Source of the DNA: Octopus bimaculoides
Taxonomy: Eukaryota
Length of the DNA stretch: 43,918 nt
Reading direction: 5' to 3'
Assembly (NCBI RefSeq): GCF_001194135.2
Contig: NC_068999.1
Location: forward strand, 17,603,295 to 17,647,212
A model generated the notes under the pieces. It saw only the letters and a list, made by a program, of their open reading frames with translations. It was not told the DNA's origin and searched no databases. The position numbers and the translations under genes were made by a program. Within the stretch, counting starts at the first letter, position 1, and the number at the start of each line of letters is the position of its first letter. Positions 40,335-43,918 of this stretch are shown piece after piece.

Positions 40335-40683
40335 TAAACCCACCAACCTGCCTACCTAACTACCTACCTGCTTACGTACCTACATACGTACATATATGCA
40401 TACACACATACATGCGTATATATATATATATATATATNNNNNNNNNNNNNNNNNNNNNNNNNNNNNNNNNNNNNNNNNNNNNNNNNNNNNNNNNNNNNNN
40501 NNNNNNNNNNNNNNNNNNNNNNNNNNNNNNNNNNNNNNNNNNNNNNNNNNNNNNNNNNNNNNNNNNNNNNNNNNNNNNNNNNNNNNNNNNNNNNNNNNNN
40601 NNNNNNNNNNNNNNNNNNNNNNNNNNNNNNNNNNNNNNNNNNNNNNNNNNNNNNNNNNNNNNNNNNNNNNNNNNNNNNNNNNN

Positions 40684-40755
<72 letters not shown>

Positions 40756-41215
40756 TGTGTGTGTCTGTAAATATATATATGATATTATGTATTCAATATA
40801 TTGGTGCTAATGCGCTTCGATAATCGAGATATTTCAGGAAGTAATATGTGTTTTATGTTAGGACTATGGGCAGCAGAATATGAATCAATATGGAAGCGTA
40901 AATGAATACTATATACATTATATACGCATGCGTACACAGGCATCTCAAATGCATATTTTCGTATGTGTGTGTGTGTTTCTGCGCACGTGTGTGCATGTTT
41001 GTGTTAGTGTATGTGTGTGTGTGTGTGTGTGTATAAGTATATCCACGTCTATATACATATATGTAATTGTATGAGTATGTGTGTGTGTGTGTGTGTGTGT
41101 CTTGGTGCATATGCATGGGTAATGCATGCATATTATAGCTATATACATACTGTCACCCGCACATTTACACACACATACACACACGCACATATATATATAT
41201 ATATATATATATTAC
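40335..41215. repeat. (ACCT)n-like, (TA)n and (TG)n/(CA)n arrays including assembly gap 40438-40683 (246 N)
   Basis: Direct reading. Confidence 0.9.
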
Positions 41216-41452
41216 TATAAAATTGTGGATATATATGACAGCTATACACAAACTTGAATATATCAGAGTATATTGATTAAATCTTCAACAGATATTGTGG
41301 TTTGTTATGGCTTTCAATCATTATTTCTGAATATATGCATATTATTTCCGATAACATAATTATGGTTATGTTAGAACAATATATAGATTTCTATTGTAGT
41401 TTCTCTTTTCATGTAAATGTTAACTTTGTCCTCCACTTCATCTTTACTGCAG

Positions 41453-41513
41453 GTCAACTTTATATAGAAGTCACTCAGCAATATTATCGTATGATACTAA
41501 ACGTGATGTTTAA
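41453..41513 (+). CDS. Candidate exon (GQLYIEVTQQYYRMILNVMFK, or STLYRSHSAILSYDTKRDV* in the alternative frame)
   Basis: Long polypyrimidine tract ending CTTTACTGCAG and donor AA|GTGAGT; 61 nt. Confidence 0.3.
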
Positions 41514-41784
41514 GTGAGTATACGCGTGCGCGCTGTGTGAAATTCATCTAGAAACTGGAGTGATTTTGTTTAGATTTTGTCTCTATAGAATGTAACGGCT
41601 TAATGCTATAAACCCGCAACGAGTACAAAATACTCAACATAATAATTAAAGATATTCATTTATCATTTTAAACTTAAATAGTTACACAAAATGTATCATT
41701 GTCACCAACCTTACAAATCGTCAGACGCTTAATACGACCCTAGAAAATAAATATTTTTATATTGTTCACGTATTTATTAACGAG

Positions 41785-42010
41785 AAGACCTAGTGGTTAG
41801 AGATCGTTTCAGTTCTTAGACCGGTTGCTCTGTTGTGGCTTTGACAAAAAGTCTTCATTAAAATTTTCTCTGCTAAAACTTCGACACCTGACGCGTGGTG
41901 CACACTAAATCTGTTCAGGAAATGATGATCTGATAGATAAAGTGAGCTAATGTAAGTACATGTACTTGATAACTAAACAAATCATTTGTGCAGGTCCTTC
42001 GGTCAAATGC
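41785..42010 (+). mobile_element. tRNA-derived SINE of a second family, decayed
   Basis: A-box remnant CCTAGTGGTTAG, core-like GTTGTGGCTTTGACAAAAAGTCTTCATT, and body TGCTAAAACTTCGACACCTGACGCGTGG...AAACAAATCATTTGTGCAGG resembling a recalled octopus SINE. Confidence 0.65.
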
Positions 42011-43918
42011 TGATCACTTACACATCGTCTTTGACGGGAGAATCCGTCACGCATTTCGTAATTTCCAGCAGTTATTTGAACTTAATTCACCATGAAATTA
42101 CCTTTTTTTCAGACCTATAAATATCATATAGTTTACAGAAAGACAAATAATTACGGACAATGTCCAAGCATAATCGAACATTCGAACATGGTCAAGTTGT
42201 AAGTAATACAAATAACGGAAACAAAAGGGAAAAATTAATCCCTTAAGTGGAAAGAATAGTCCTGTTTTAATATAATAATACTTGTGAAGGTTCTGCATGA
42301 ATTTACAAAATGGGCCATTGCCCGAGATGGTAACAAAGTCGAGTTGTTAAACATTCCTTAAATCTTCATTGGAGGTATATTAGATAGGATGGGTTAAACA
42401 TTCAATATGCCACGCTTTCAATCTTAAAGCGTGTCATGTGAAATTCATATGATTGTGAACTGAAAATTCATGTACAAGTTCAATTGAGTAGTCGATTATC
42501 ATGTTTAGTAGAATTTTATGCCGACTTAATCAGAATAATGTTTGAAAGGACTTACGTGGGTGACATTGTTGTGCATCATGTGGCCAAACGTGTCTCATTA
42601 GATGACATTTCAAAAGGTACCTTATTCAATAATCTCGGTTTCGCTTGGTTCTGTTATAATGCCTGTTGGTATTTGCCATTAGCTGCTTGACTACTGGTTC
42701 CGTGATTTTATGTGTATAACGCCACACAAATCTTGATACACACGCACACATACATTTGTAACATGTATATTACAGATGTATGTTCGTGTGTATGTATGTA
42801 TGTATGTATGTATGTACGTATGCATGTCTAATGAGAGTTGTGTGGTGTTATTTCTATTAGATATGTTATTGACACCCCAGATTGAAAACGTTATCGCCAA
42901 ATTACTTCTGCATCATATATTCTCTACATCCAATTCCACCTATGAGTAGTTTATTTTATAAAGGTTGTATTTTCTTGGATAAAAGACATATATTCTTGCA
43001 TTATTCACTACGAATTTTCTCAGTATTACTTAGACATTTGAGGTGAAATGTATGTTTCATTAGTGAGATTTAATAGTCCTGCAATGACTAAAATATTGTG
43101 CTGTGGTTTCAGAAACAATCAAATATCAGCCATTAGCTGATTTTGTGCGCTCATCTTCAAACAAATCTTCTTCATTAGCTTTTTGATGTTTCCCCCAATA
43201 CATATGCAAAATTAACCTGACAGATTTGAATATATTAGTAAACAACTTCCATTTTATGTATGATACATAAGAAATTAAGAACTATATTCTAACAATTTCC
43301 AAAGCTCATGACACACTCTCTAATCTCTCTGTCACCATTTCCGCCAAAACATGTTAACAAGAGCAAATTATAGTATTTACACTTTTGAGAATGACTGTAG
43401 ATTATGCCTATGTACATTACTCAGCATACACATTACGAAAGATCAATGAAACATTTTGAATTACATAAAGCCTAATGTAAAATGTTTTACCTAGTATGGT
43501 GTACCAATTATCTGGTAAAGCTCATAAGAAAATCTAGGACATCAATGTTTTAAATAATATCTATTGTGCAATAAATTCAAGAAACTGGGTGAACCAAAAG
43601 TGAAAATGATATTTTCAATTTTGTATAAAACATGCAGACGCTCACATACAAACGACTATGTATAATCTATGTGCATTGTGTATTTGAGAATAATGACAAA
43701 GTTTGAAAATGTTCTGCAAAAGAATATGATAGTCGTTTTACTCAGTTCAATAGTGACCATTTAGGTGTCGGTAAATCGAACACTAATCAATAAATTTAAA
43801 TATTTTGTTTGATAAAAAAATACAAACTAAATTGTCTTCTCTCCACATGACCACAATGCAATAGCTGAAACAATTATGTGTATGTGTGTGTGCATATGTG
43901 TTTATATATATATGTGCA

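Noticed and set aside
42460-42640. 96-nt minus-strand intron-like segment with an upstream LKCHLMRH zinc-finger-like peptide
   Set aside because: Spliced products stop within about 20 codons and the CxxC pair is missing.

Overview
AT-rich eukaryotic genomic DNA from a gapped short-read-type assembly (9 N-gaps, about 3,500 N in total). It is dense in (CA)n/(TA)n/(GA)n/(GATA)n microsatellites. The microsatellite load and the SINE, LINE and Penelope-like repeats resemble those I recall from Octopus genomes, so the organism is an inference. No long intact protein-coding ORF and no gene I can name is present, and almost every ORF in the supplied track is a microsatellite or N-run artefact. The firmly supported features are decayed mobile elements: two oppositely oriented mariner transposase fragments (4685-4966 +, 6125-6738 -), a 1.2-kb RTE-type LINE reverse-transcriptase relic (29070-30290 -), several tRNA-derived SINEs and Penelope-like element ends. 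The most interesting structures are the inverted mariner pair (potential dsRNA), a perfect 23-bp fold-back at 13824-13886, a decayed hammerhead-like motif at 5994-6024 and a pre-miRNA-like hairpin at 19846-19890. Several short splice-site-bounded candidate exons occur on both strands, but they are low confidence. I cannot support a claim of a novel biological system from this sequence alone.
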